DNA of 64,000 nt from Candidatus Binataceae bacterium (GTDB lineage: Bacteria > Desulfobacterota > Binatia > Binatales > Binataceae). The position numbers and the translations under genes were made by a program. The stretch is from NCBI GenBank assembly GCA_036495685.1, contig DASXMJ010000191.1:64203-128202 (forward strand). The letters are read 5' to 3'. The notes under the pieces are model-generated. The model had not been told where the DNA came from. It made no database searches and saw only the letters and a program-made list of their open reading frames with translations. Shown here in pieces: positions 27,456 through 36,921 of the stretch; within the stretch, counting starts at the first letter, position 1, and every line of letters begins with the position of its first letter.

Positions 27456-28066
27456 ATGAGCAAACCGGTCCAAACCATCGCGGAGCTGCGAGCGATCGTT
27501 CCTCAGCCGGCCAAGCTGGTCGAGGCGAAAATTCTTGATCACCTGGACGAGCAGGCCTCCGCATTCCTCGCTGCTTCACCATTTCTGCTGCTGTCAACCT
27601 CGGGTACCGACGGACGAATCGATGTTTCGCCGCGCGGCGACGAGCCGGGATTCGTACGAATCGAGGACCCGCGGACCATCGTGTTGCCGGAGCGCAACGG
27701 CAACAACCTAGCGTTCAGCCTTCAGAACATTGTCGAGAATCCGAACGTCGGAATTATCGCTCTGCTGCCCAACGCCGGGGAAACACTACGGATAAACGGC
27801 AAGGCCGTCATCCTTGCCGATTCGGACTTGCTCCAGGAACTAGGCGCCCGGGGCAAACCCGCGATGGTGGCAGTCCGCGTTCGATCGAGCGGGCCTATTT
27901 TCAATGTGCCCGAGCGCTTCTGCGCTCCCGGATCTGGGACCCGGAAACCTGGACCGCGCCGCGGCGCATTTCGTTCGGGAGGATCATCGCCCGGAGGACC
28001 GCGAACCAGAAGGACCTGGAGCAGCGCATCGACGCGATGGTCGATCGCAGTTACAAGTCGCTCTGA
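27456..28066 (+). pseudogene. Pyridoxamine 5'-phosphate oxidase-like FMN-binding split-barrel protein, frameshifted near 27882-27887.
   Basis: Frame 0 gives the family-typical ...LLLSTSGTDGRIDVSPRGDEPGFV...GETLRINGKAVIL...PAMVAVRV. The conserved C-terminus ERAYFQCARALLRSRIWDPETW...RSYKSL* is in frame +2, ending at the TGA at 28064-28066. The annotated frame instead runs into Gly/Arg-rich nonsense. Confidence 0.55.
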
Positions 28067-28130
28067 TCGGTTCCCTGCCTGCGGGCAGCCCTGATTGCCC
28101 GGTGCCGCGAGGTCCATCTATCATTGCGGC

Positions 28131-29453
28131 ATGCCGCAAAGCGAAGCGATGTTCATACGCGGGCCGCACGATCCGATCGCGATCGAGCGGGCTGAGGGGC
28201 CCTGGCTGTACACGCGCGACGGCCGCAAGATCCTCGATGGCGGGGCCGGCGCGGTGGTTGTGAATATTGGACAGGGGCGGGAGGAAATTGCCGAAATTGC
28301 CCGCCGGACGATCGCGCGCCTCGACTACGTTCTCCCGGTCTGGACCTCGCCCGAGCGCGAGCGGCTGGTCGAACGGTTGCTCAAGTGGACACCCGCGGGC
28401 ATCGACCGATTCTTCTTCACCAGCGGCGGGTCGGAAGCGAACGAGGCGGCCTTCAAATTTGCGCTTCTTTATCACAAGGTCCGCGGCAAGATCACCAAGA
28501 ACAAGATCGTTGGGCGGCAGTTCTCCTATCACGGCAACACCATCGCAGCATTGTCTGCGGCCGGCACCGGCCGGCGCGCGGATTACGAGCAGGTGCTTAT
28601 CGACTGGCCAAAAATTCCGCCCTCGTACTGTTACCGATGCCCGTGGGGCAAGACCTACCCGGGCTGTGACCTGGATTGCGCCGCGGCGCTGGAGCAAAAA
28701 ATTCTCGAGCTGGGCGCCGACTCGATTGCGGCGTTTATCGCCGAGCCGATGATGGGGTCGGCGGGCGGTGCGGTTCCTCCGGTAAAGGAATATTGGCCGC
28801 GTCTTCGAGAGATCTGCTCGAAGTACGACGTTTTGCTCATCGCCGATGAAGTGATGACGGGCTTTGGCCGCACGGGCCGGCGCTTTGCGGTCGACCATTG
28901 GAACGTGGTTCCGGATATCCTGGTGGGCGGCAAGGGTCTTACCGGCGGGTATTTGCCGATGGGCGTGTGCGCCGTGCGCGGAGAGCTGGTTGAAGAGGTG
29001 GAGCGCAGCAAGGCCGACTTCATGTTCTACACCTACAGTTCGCATCCGGTGACGTGCGCGGTCGCCGACGGCGTGCTCGAGATCATGGAGCGTGAGCAGC
29101 TCGTCGAACGTTCGGCGCAAGTGGGTGCGCGGCTGGGAGCGCAACTGCGCGAGGAGTTGTCGGGTCATCCGATGGTGGGGGACATACGGGGTTCGGGACT
29201 GTTCTGGGGCATCGAGCTGGTGCACGACAAGGCCACCCGCATGCCGTTTGCGCCCGAGAAGCGAGTCACCAACAAAGTGCTGGCCGCGGCGCTGCGGCGC
29301 GGGCTGTTCTTCTACCCGGCAAACGGAATGGCAGGGCAGGGCCGCGGCGACGCGATGATGCTCACCCCGCCGTTCGTCATCGGCGACGAGGAAATCGAAT
29401 TCGCGGTGCGTACCGCCCGCGATGCACTCGAAGATATCCGGCCGACTTTGTAA
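28131..29453 (+). CDS. Class III (omega) aminotransferase, PLP-dependent.
   Basis: TSGGSEANEAAFK motif, PLP-lysine region (GGKGLTGGYLPMG), overall class-III architecture. Confidence 0.85.
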   Translation: MPQSEAMFIRGPHDPIAIERAEGPWLYTRDGRKILDGGAGAVVVNIGQGREEIAEIARRTIARLDYVLPVWTSPERERLVERLLKWTPAGIDRFFFTSGGSEANEAAFKFALLYHKVRGKITKNKIVGRQFSYHGNTIAALSAAGTGRRADYEQVLIDWPKIPPSYCYRCPWGKTYPGCDLDCAAALEQKILELGADSIAAFIAEPMMGSAGGAVPPVKEYWPRLREICSKYDVLLIADEVMTGFGRTGRRFAVDHWNVVPDILVGGKGLTGGYLPMGVCAVRGELVEEVERSKADFMFYTYSSHPVTCAVADGVLEIMEREQLVERSAQVGARLGAQLREELSGHPMVGDIRGSGLFWGIELVHDKATRMPFAPEKRVTNKVLAAALRRGLFFYPANGMAGQGRGDAMMLTPPFVIGDEEIEFAVRTARDALEDIRPTL

Positions 29454-29501
29454 GTCCGCGCTGCGGGCGCATCTTTCTGGCCTGAAGGAGTTACCAAAAT
29501 A

Positions 29502-30374
29502 ATGGCCGATAGCATTATCGGGCCCACGTCCCATTACTTCTATTCGCAGCGCCTAAAGCTTCACTACGTCGACTGGGGGAATCCCGGTCGCCCGCTCCTG
29601 GTGCTGATGCATGGGGGCCGCGATCACTGCCGCAACTGGGACTGGGTCGCGCTCGATCTGCGCGATCACTTCCACATCATCGCGCCCGACCTGCGCGGTC
29701 ATGGGGACTCGGATTGGGCGGTGGGCGGAAACTACTCGATGATCGATTACGTGCTGGATCTGACCCAGCTCATGCGCGCCGTGGCGTCCGAGCCCGCAAC
29801 CCTCATCGGACACTCCCTGGGGGGCAGCATCGTTCTCCAGTACTCGGGCGTCTATCCGTCCTCGCTCAAGCAGGTCGTCTCCATCGAGGGCATGGGTCCG
29901 CCTCCGCACATGATCCAGGAGACACCGGCGCACGCTCGGATGGGCAACTGGATCGGACAAATGCAGGATCTCGCCCGCCGCAAGGTCCGCGAGTACTCCT
30001 CCATAGAGGAGGCGCTGGGCCGGATGCGCGAAGCGAATCCCCATCTGAGCCAGGAGCAGGCGCTGCACCTGACGGTGTGGGGCGTGCGGCGCAACGAGAA
30101 CGGTACCTATTCCTGGAAGTTCGACAACTACGTGCACGCAACTTCGCCCTACGTGTTCAACACTCGCGACGCGCGCGAGATCTGGGGCCGAATCACCTGT
30201 CCCACGCTGCTGATTCGGGGCGCGGAATCGTGGGCTGGCGATTGGGTCAAGGATGGACGTTTCTCGGCATTTCGCAGCGCCCAGACCGATACCATCGAAA
30301 AGGCCGGACATTGGGTGCATCACGACCAGCTCGGCGCTTTTCTCAAGACCCTACGCCGCTTTCTGGGCCTCTAG
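29502..30374 (+). CDS. Alpha/beta hydrolase fold protein.
   Basis: HGGRDHCRNW (oxyanion HG) and GHSLGG nucleophile elbow. Confidence 0.8.
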   Translation: MADSIIGPTSHYFYSQRLKLHYVDWGNPGRPLLVLMHGGRDHCRNWDWVALDLRDHFHIIAPDLRGHGDSDWAVGGNYSMIDYVLDLTQLMRAVASEPATLIGHSLGGSIVLQYSGVYPSSLKQVVSIEGMGPPPHMIQETPAHARMGNWIGQMQDLARRKVREYSSIEEALGRMREANPHLSQEQALHLTVWGVRRNENGTYSWKFDNYVHATSPYVFNTRDAREIWGRITCPTLLIRGAESWAGDWVKDGRFSAFRSAQTDTIEKAGHWVHHDQLGAFLKTLRRFLGL

Positions 30375-30407
30375 GATTGACGGCATGATCAATTGCGGAG
30401 CGGGAAG

Positions 30408-32438
30408 ATGAGAGCGCCAGGCTTCGGGTTGCGCACCGACCAACGCGAATACGTGCAGCTCATCTTGTTGTCGGTGATGGTCGGAGTGCTGGGCGCGCTC
30501 GGGAATTTCGGCTTTCGGGCCCTCATAGAATTTTTCACCTGGCTCTTTCAACAGGTCCTATGGACCGCGCTGGGAATTGAGCGGGGCGGTTACTTCCGCC
30601 TGCTGATTCCGCTGGTACTGATGAGCGGCGGGTTTTTGATCATGCTTGTTGACCGGGTGTTCCCGGAGGACGTCCTCGGCTACGGCTTTCCGCAGTTCCT
30701 GGAGCAAATAAATCTCGGCAATCCGCGCATCAAGCGGCGTTGGATGTTCGTCAAGGCGATCGGTGCGTCGCTCTCGCTGGGCTGTGGCGCGTCGGTCGGG
30801 CGCGAAGGCCCCATCGCCCAGATAGGCGGAGCCATCGGGTCCGCGGTTGCGCGGCTGCGCAACCTGAGCCCGGACCGGGTGAAAGTGCTGGTTGCGGCAG
30901 GGGCGGGGGCGGGCATCGCGACTACCTTCAACGCGCCAATCGGCGGGCTTATGTTTGCGCAGGAGATCGTTCTGCTGGGCCACACGGAGCTTGCGAATCT
31001 TACGCTGCTCATCATCGCGACGACCACCGCGGTGGTCGCATCGCACGCGTTTCAGGGCAGCCACAGTGTCTTCGTGGTGCCGCAGTTTCAGCTGCGCAGC
31101 TACTGGGAGATGTTCACGTACGGGATTTTGGGCGTGGTGCTCGGCGTGATGGGCGCCGCCTTCATCCGGTTTTTTCATTTCACCGCGGGCGCATTTCGAA
31201 AGATGCAAGTGCCGGACTGGGCCAAAATCGAATTGGGACTTGCGCTGGTGGGTATTATCGCGATCGGGTGGCCGGACAATCTCTCCGACGGGTACCCGGT
31301 AATCAATCGCGCAATGGCGGGTGAGTTCGGCCTGGCCACGCTCGCCGCGTTGACGGTGACAAAGTTTGTGGGTTCCAGCGTCTCACTCGGCTGCGGAGCG
31401 CCGGGAGGAGTGTTTGGCCCGATTTTTTTCATCGGGACCATGGCGGGCGGGGCGTTTCAACGCCTGTCGGCGATGCTGTTGCCGCACCTGACCGGTCCGC
31501 GCGGTTCGTACTCATTGGTCGGTTTGGGTGCCTTTCTTGCGGCCACCACCCATGCGCCGCTGACCGCGCTGTTCCTGCTTTTCGAGATGACCCAAGGATA
31601 CGACATCGCGCTTCCCGCGATGATCGCGACCGTTACCGCATTGGTAGTCGCGCGCGCGATCGAGGGCGAATCGATCGACACCTACCGGCTTGCCCGCGAA
31701 GGCAAGACCCTACAAATCAGCCAGGAACGATTGGCGTTGACGCAGATTCCGGTAAGCGCGGTGATGACCAAGGAGGTCGCGCTGGTGCGCGAGAACACGG
31801 CTCTGGCCGATCTCCTCCGAGTTGCCGGCGAGACTTCGCAATCGACGCTGCCGGTAGTTAGCAGCGAAGGGGGACTGTCGGGGCTCATCGTGACGCGCGC
31901 CTTGCTCGGTTTGCTTGCCGGCGGGCGGGACTTAGGTCCGTTGGTCAATGCTTACGATATTGCGGAAGCGAATTGTGCCGAGGTTCTGGCTACCGAGAAC
32001 CTGTACTCGGCAAGCCAGATCATGGAACACGAGGGGATCGAGGAACTGCCAGTCGTGGAACGCCGCTACGGCGGGAAGTTTCTCGGTTTGGTGACGCGCC
32101 AGCACATCGTGCAGGCTCTCAATCGCGTCACCGCGTCGGTGGGTTCGATCGCAACGCGTGATGAGCCGATTTATTGGGCGAGCGGATACCGTGTGACTCG
32201 GCTGGAGATTCCGCCGGCGGCGGCCGGAAAGACAATCCGGGAGCTGGATCCACGCGCGCGCTTTTCGGTTACCGTTCTGGCGCTGCGCAGTGTCAAAAAT
32301 CCGGACGCCGGCTTCACTCCAATCACCCCGGACGGAACCTTGAATGCCGGTGATCTGATAATCACCGCCGGCCGTCCCGGCGATATCCGCAAGTTCGAGC
32401 GCGAGCTAGAACAGCCCGCCTCGGTGGCGTCGGGGTGA
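30408..32438 (+). CDS. Voltage-gated ClC chloride channel / H+-Cl- antiporter family protein with C-terminal CBS pair and TrkA-C domain.
   Basis: Selectivity motifs GASVGREGP and GGVFGP. Cytoplasmic CBS pair (ALVRENTALADL, EELPVVERRYGGKFLGLVTRQHI). TrkA-C-like terminal domain. Confidence 0.85.
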   Translation: MRAPGFGLRTDQREYVQLILLSVMVGVLGALGNFGFRALIEFFTWLFQQVLWTALGIERGGYFRLLIPLVLMSGGFLIMLVDRVFPEDVLGYGFPQFLEQINLGNPRIKRRWMFVKAIGASLSLGCGASVGREGPIAQIGGAIGSAVARLRNLSPDRVKVLVAAGAGAGIATTFNAPIGGLMFAQEIVLLGHTELANLTLLIIATTTAVVASHAFQGSHSVFVVPQFQLRSYWEMFTYGILGVVLGVMGAAFIRFFHFTAGAFRKMQVPDWAKIELGLALVGIIAIGWPDNLSDGYPVINRAMAGEFGLATLAALTVTKFVGSSVSLGCGAPGGVFGPIFFIGTMAGGAFQRLSAMLLPHLTGPRGSYSLVGLGAFLAATTHAPLTALFLLFEMTQGYDIALPAMIATVTALVVARAIEGESIDTYRLAREGKTLQISQERLALTQIPVSAVMTKEVALVRENTALADLLRVAGETSQSTLPVVSSEGGLSGLIVTRALLGLLAGGRDLGPLVNAYDIAEANCAEVLATENLYSASQIMEHEGIEELPVVERRYGGKFLGLVTRQHIVQALNRVTASVGSIATRDEPIYWASGYRVTRLEIPPAAAGKTIRELDPRARFSVTVLALRSVKNPDAGFTPITPDGTLNAGDLIITAGRPGDIRKFERELEQPASVASG

Positions 32439-32530
32439 CGTTTCGGCCGCGGTTTGGGCGCACGCAAAGGTGGGGGGCGGCGCGAGCGCCCCTGCTAGTG
32501 CGCGAACTCACGATTGTGAGAACCCTTCGT

Positions 32531-33202
32531 TCAGCTTGGGCGCTGGGTGCCGTCACCGGGGAAGATGTACGGCTTCGCCCTGCCGGCGCGAAGTTCCGTG
32601 CACAGTTCCTCCACCGTCGTGACTGGCCGTTCAAGTTCGGTGGCGCAAGTGAGGAACCACTTTCCGCTGGCAAAGTGTGCATCGCTGCCGCCCACCGCCG
32701 TCATTCCGAGCTTGAGGGCGGCATCTGAGGCGCGTTCATTCTCGGCCGGGGAATTCTGGCCGTTGAGCACCTCGATCGCCCCCAGCGCCGCGCCGTGGCG
32801 CGCGAGCAACGCATCGAGACGCACTCCGTAACCGGAATCCCGAAATGGATGGGCGGGAATCGCGATGCCGCCCTGGTGATGGATTACTTCGATCAGGTGG
32901 TCACTTTTGAGCATGCGGCTGGTCAGGTCGAAGCGGCGCATGACTTCGCCGTTGATTCCGAACAGAAGCAGGTGGCCCAAATCGGTGTCGGCTTCGATGC
33001 CCCTGAACACCCGGATTCCGTAGCGCTCCGACAATTCCGCGTAGGCGCGTTCGATCTCGGCTTCGGTTGGATAGCGGCGATGTTCGGTGAAACAAATTGC
33101 GCCGAGGCCGCTCTGATTGCGGGCCGCGAACTCCAGGTATTGCTCCGCCGAGACCTGGGAATCGGCCGACAATTTGGTGTGTACGTGAAGGTCAACGATC
33201 AT
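32531..33202 (-). CDS. PHP-domain metal-dependent phosphoesterase (CpsB/YwqE-like candidate protein phosphatase).
   Basis: MIVDLHVHTKLS His motif, FTEHRRY, internal His/Asp ligands. ATG overlaps the kinase stop (ATGA at 33199-33202). Confidence 0.75.
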   Translation of the reverse strand: MIVDLHVHTKLSADSQVSAEQYLEFAARNQSGLGAICFTEHRRYPTEAEIERAYAELSERYGIRVFRGIEADTDLGHLLLFGINGEVMRRFDLTSRMLKSDHLIEVIHHQGGIAIPAHPFRDSGYGVRLDALLARHGAALGAIEVLNGQNSPAENERASDAALKLGMTAVGGSDAHFASGKWFLTCATELERPVTTVEELCTELRAGRAKPYIFPGDGTQRPS

Positions 33203-34689
33203 GGCTCTGCAAAGGTGTCATGCACCTGGATGTGATCGACAATTGAAACAATTCCCGCGACCCGAAAGGCGAGCCAGCGGATGTTCGCGCGATCGAATTC
33301 CGACGCTACCGTACCCCACACGACGAGGGTGTCGCCATCGAGCCGGAAATTCACCTTCTGGTATCCGTCGGCGTCGAGTTCATGGCGCAGCGCCTCCAGC
33401 CGCTCGCTGGGCGGTACGCTGCTCTCCGGAGCTACATCGGGCGGCGGGGGCACTTCGGGCTCATGGACCATGGTGCGCGCGATGAGGCTGGTGAGAACGA
33501 ACGCGACCGCAAACAGGCCGGCCAGAAGCAGATAGTATAGGGCCGGATTTTGCCTACCCGGGCGACGACGAACGCGTTCCGGTTGCGGGAAATCGCGATG
33601 GCCGGGAAAGTCGCCGAGCGTGACCGTCTCGGCGTCGTTACTCACCTGTTCCGGGCCCAGGACGATAGCCACCGGCGCGGCGCAGAACGAACAGAAGCGC
33701 GAGTCCGAGGGAATCAAGCGGCCACATCGAGGACACGAGATCTCCTCACGAGGAGTGACCAGCACGGTTGGGGCAGTCGACGACGGCGGCGCGGACGGAT
33801 CAGTGTTTGGCGGCGCTCCTAGTCGCGCGTTGCGCCCGCCTTTGCGAGGCGCGGGTTTCGCTGCCGGCGACGCACGGTCGGCGGCGTCACCCGACTGCAC
33901 TGAAAGCAACCGACCCTTGAATGCGACGGCATCGGGGATGCGCAAGACCACATTGTATTGCAACGATTGGTCGACCAGTTCTGCCAGTTCCTGGGTGACG
34001 GCCGGGCACAGCGACCCGAGCGGCGGAAAACTGAAGGGCGGCTCGACGGCGGGATCCCGGCCCGAGAGCGCGTGATGCATGGTTGCGCCGAGCGCGTAGA
34101 GATCGGAGCGGAACTCGGCCTTGCCGCGATACTGCTCGGGAGGTGCGTATCCCTGGGTGCCAATCATGGTGGCGTTGCTCTGGGGCTGGAACAGTCGCGC
34201 GATGCCGAAGTCGATTAGTTTGACCTGCCCGTAGGTAGCCAGCATGACGTTTGAGGGTTTGAGGTCGCGGTAAATGACCGGGGGTTCCAGGTTGTGCAGG
34301 TACTGGAGCGTGTCACAGATTTGCAGGGCTATTTCTACGACCTCCTGCTCGGGCAATTTCCCGCCAGCCTCGTGCAGCTTCTGCTCGAGCGTGATGCCGT
34401 CGATAAATTCCATCACCAGGTAGTGCCGATTCTGCTCGCTGAAGCGATCGAAGACCCGCGGGATATGTTCGTTGGAGAGCTGCGCGAGCATGTCGGCTTC
34501 ACGCTGGAACGCGGCAATGGCCTGCTTCTGCATCTCGGGACTGGTAAAAGAATCCACCATTTCCGCCAGCGCCGAGGGACGCGCGGCCAGCCGCAGATCC
34601 TCGGCGAGATAGACCATTTTCATGCCGCCGCCGCCCAGCGGTTTGACGACGCGATAACGTCCGCCAACTATGGTGTCGGCTGCGATCAT
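33199..34689 (-). CDS. Ser/Thr protein kinase with C-terminal zinc ribbon, TM helix and periplasmic BON domain.
   Basis: Kinase subdomains (VKPLGGGGMKMVYLAED, HRDLKPSNVML, DFGIAR, GTQGYAPPE). Zinc ribbon CPRCGRLIPSDSRFCSFC. TM segment. BON-like C-terminus (VNFRLDGDTLVVWGTVAS...). Confidence 0.85.
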   Translation of the reverse strand: MIAADTIVGGRYRVVKPLGGGGMKMVYLAEDLRLAARPSALAEMVDSFTSPEMQKQAIAAFQREADMLAQLSNEHIPRVFDRFSEQNRHYLVMEFIDGITLEQKLHEAGGKLPEQEVVEIALQICDTLQYLHNLEPPVIYRDLKPSNVMLATYGQVKLIDFGIARLFQPQSNATMIGTQGYAPPEQYRGKAEFRSDLYALGATMHHALSGRDPAVEPPFSFPPLGSLCPAVTQELAELVDQSLQYNVVLRIPDAVAFKGRLLSVQSGDAADRASPAAKPAPRKGGRNARLGAPPNTDPSAPPSSTAPTVLVTPREEISCPRCGRLIPSDSRFCSFCAAPVAIVLGPEQVSNDAETVTLGDFPGHRDFPQPERVRRRPGRQNPALYYLLLAGLFAVAFVLTSLIARTMVHEPEVPPPPDVAPESSVPPSERLEALRHELDADGYQKVNFRLDGDTLVVWGTVASEFDRANIRWLAFRVAGIVSIVDHIQVHDTFAEP

Positions 34690-34696
34690 TGGCTCT

Positions 34697-35098
34697 CTAT
34701 AGTTGCTCTCCAAAAGGCCCCGGCCGCCGGCGCCGATTCCTGCGTCGATTGTGCCTGAGCCGCATGAAGGCATCGTCTTCGAGCGCGCCTTTCAAGGCGG
34801 CGTTCGATGCGCAGATCACGTGGAGCAGAAGTCCGAGCGGGAGGCCGACAGAGTACGCGAACGCAACTCCGAAAAACCACGTCAACCCGCGCGCGGGGCG
34901 TCCCTTATATATGTGCCCCAGGCCGGGAATGATGCTCAACACTGCGGCGAGCACCGGGTTGAACCCCGGATTAAGAGCGAAAAAATGACCGCCTGCCAAT
35001 GGGGCGCCGCAGTCCTTGCAGAACTGCGCCCCGGTAACTACGACCGGCTGGCCGCATCGCCAACAATAGCGGGCTTGCTCGAAATCCGGTTCAGGCAC
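34697..35098 (-). CDS. Small zinc-ribbon + TM2-domain membrane protein.
   Basis: CWRCGQPVVVTGAQFCKDCGAPL followed by the TM2-like motif IIPGLGHIYKGRPARGLTWFFGVAF. GTG start overlaps the FHA-protein stop. Confidence 0.5.
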   Translation of the reverse strand: MPEPDFEQARYCWRCGQPVVVTGAQFCKDCGAPLAGGHFFALNPGFNPVLAAVLSIIPGLGHIYKGRPARGLTWFFGVAFAYSVGLPLGLLLHVICASNAALKGALEDDAFMRLRHNRRRNRRRRPGPFGEQL

Positions 35099-36377
35099 GG
35101 AAGGTAAATGGCGCCTGCCCCAGCCTTATCAAGTCGCCATCGGCGATTGGCCTTTGGGTCACGCGTTCGTCGCTGACGTAAGTTCCGTTCTGGCTTTGCA
35201 GGTCGCGCAATTCAAATCTGCCGTTGATGGATTCGATACTCGCATGATGGCGCGAAACCGACGAATCGTTGATGACAATGTCGTTGTCGGGGGCCCGTCC
35301 CACGCGGATCACGGCACCTGGGCGAAGGGCGAAACGTTGCCCGGAACCATCGACTAGACAGGGGCCGCTTACCCGCGGGGTGGCGGCAACGGTCGAACTC
35401 AAACCCGGCGCGGCACGAGGCATCGGCGCCCGCACCGTGCCCGCTGCCTGACGCAAGCGGAACTTCAGCTCGTAGCCGCCAATCCTAATCTGGTCGCCGT
35501 CGTTGAGGGGCTTGGTTTCGATTCGCTCTCCGTTGACGAAGGTGCCATCCTGCACGGCAAGATTGCGAATCGTATAAGCGGAGTTCTTGAGCTCGATCAC
35601 GGCGTGGCGCGGTTGCACGGCGCTATCGCCGAAGAGACCGATCGGGTTTTCTTCCGCCCTGCCTAAGGTTGCCCGCGCGGCATCGACGCGATATTGCCGG
35701 CCCTTCAAACGTCCCTGCTCGACGGTGATCCACGCGGCTTTGGTGAGTTCCTGGACCAGGCCGATGAACAGGCCGATTGCAAGACCGATGGAACAGAGCC
35801 CGATGAAGCGTGAGGCGAGTCCCTGTGAGCCGATTCCGCTCGCGATGAGATTGCCGAGGGGGTCGAAGAGGAGGCCTCCGACCAAGCCGCCAACCCACCC
35901 GCCGATCGCACCCTTGAGAATGTTTGGTAGTCGCAGCGTCGAGATTCCGACCCCGGCGCCGAGCATCGCGCCCATGATCGCCCAGCTCAGCACGCGAGCA
36001 CAAAAGAGATAGAAGGTCGAACCTTCGTGACTGAGGCTCCAGCCGCCGAAGTTCAGGATCGCGCTGAAGACCCAATTGGCGAAATAGTTGGCCGGAAGTG
36101 CAAGCAACACGCAGATAATGAACCCGCGCGCAAAACGGCGCTGGGTCGCCCCGCTCAAATCGAGGTGCTGGCTTTCCGCAGCCACGATCATGCCGCCGAT
36201 CAGGCCCGAAAGAATCGCCATCGCAGCGTAGGACCAAACCACGCTCCACGCGTTCATTTGCTCGGTCAGCGTGTGTCCGTGGCTGCTGAGTTCGACCGGG
36301 AGCCATCCCAAAGCACCGCCAGCCAGGCCGGCACCCGCCTTAAACAAAAGCTCTCGCTGGTTGATGGAGCCGTTCAT
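35091..36377 (-). CDS. Polytopic membrane protein with two C-terminal FHA domains.
   Basis: About 230 aa N-terminal Gly-rich multi-TM region (GxxxG zippers). FHA 1: TLGRAEENPIGLFGDSAVQPRHAVI...VNGERI. FHA 2: VIRVGRAPDNDIVINDSSVSRHHASI...NGTYV. Confidence 0.8.
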   Translation of the reverse strand: MNGSINQRELLFKAGAGLAGGALGWLPVELSSHGHTLTEQMNAWSVVWSYAAMAILSGLIGGMIVAAESQHLDLSGATQRRFARGFIICVLLALPANYFANWVFSAILNFGGWSLSHEGSTFYLFCARVLSWAIMGAMLGAGVGISTLRLPNILKGAIGGWVGGLVGGLLFDPLGNLIASGIGSQGLASRFIGLCSIGLAIGLFIGLVQELTKAAWITVEQGRLKGRQYRVDAARATLGRAEENPIGLFGDSAVQPRHAVIELKNSAYTIRNLAVQDGTFVNGERIETKPLNDGDQIRIGGYELKFRLRQAAGTVRAPMPRAAPGLSSTVAATPRVSGPCLVDGSGQRFALRPGAVIRVGRAPDNDIVINDSSVSRHHASIESINGRFELRDLQSQNGTYVSDERVTQRPIADGDLIRLGQAPFTFRA

Positions 36378-36921
36378 CGAAAGTGGTCCTCACCCATAAG
36401 CGGCGCGTGCCGCTTCCTCATCATAACCTGCCTCCGATGGCCGGAAAATGCAGCTCTCTACGCTTGGCCCAGCGCCACTTCGGCAATCGAATAGAGGGAA
36501 ACATTTTTGGATTTACTCGGTCCGGTCTTGAAAACCCTCACATTGTGCAGCGATCGGTTCGGAATTCCGCGAGCCATGCCGGTGGGACCTTCGCCAAATG
36601 GTTTGTGTCGCCGCCGAGGTGTGCTTGGGATCTGCGTGGACATGATGCGCCGTTTGACACCTTGCTGAAAAGGGTGCGCTGCGGCGGACCAGTCCAAGCG
36701 AACGTTGCCACGGAGGGACCACAAGTTACTCATTTTTCGAAAAGGAGACCGAAGCATCAGTTCAGCGGACGCAGACCTAAGCCCCGATACTCTGGGGTGG
36801 GAGGACAGACCGCCAAGGCGGGGCCTGCCGATAACTGGAAACGCATGCGGGTGTCGGTTGCCGCGTGGCAGCGATCGGGGCATCATTCCAACGATCCTGT
36901 TGGAAAAGAAAGCCCAGTCGC

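Noticed and set aside
27984-29534. 516-aa minus-strand ORF.
   Set aside because: Antisense to the class-III aminotransferase (TSGGSEANE motif on the plus strand). Arg-rich, no domain signature.
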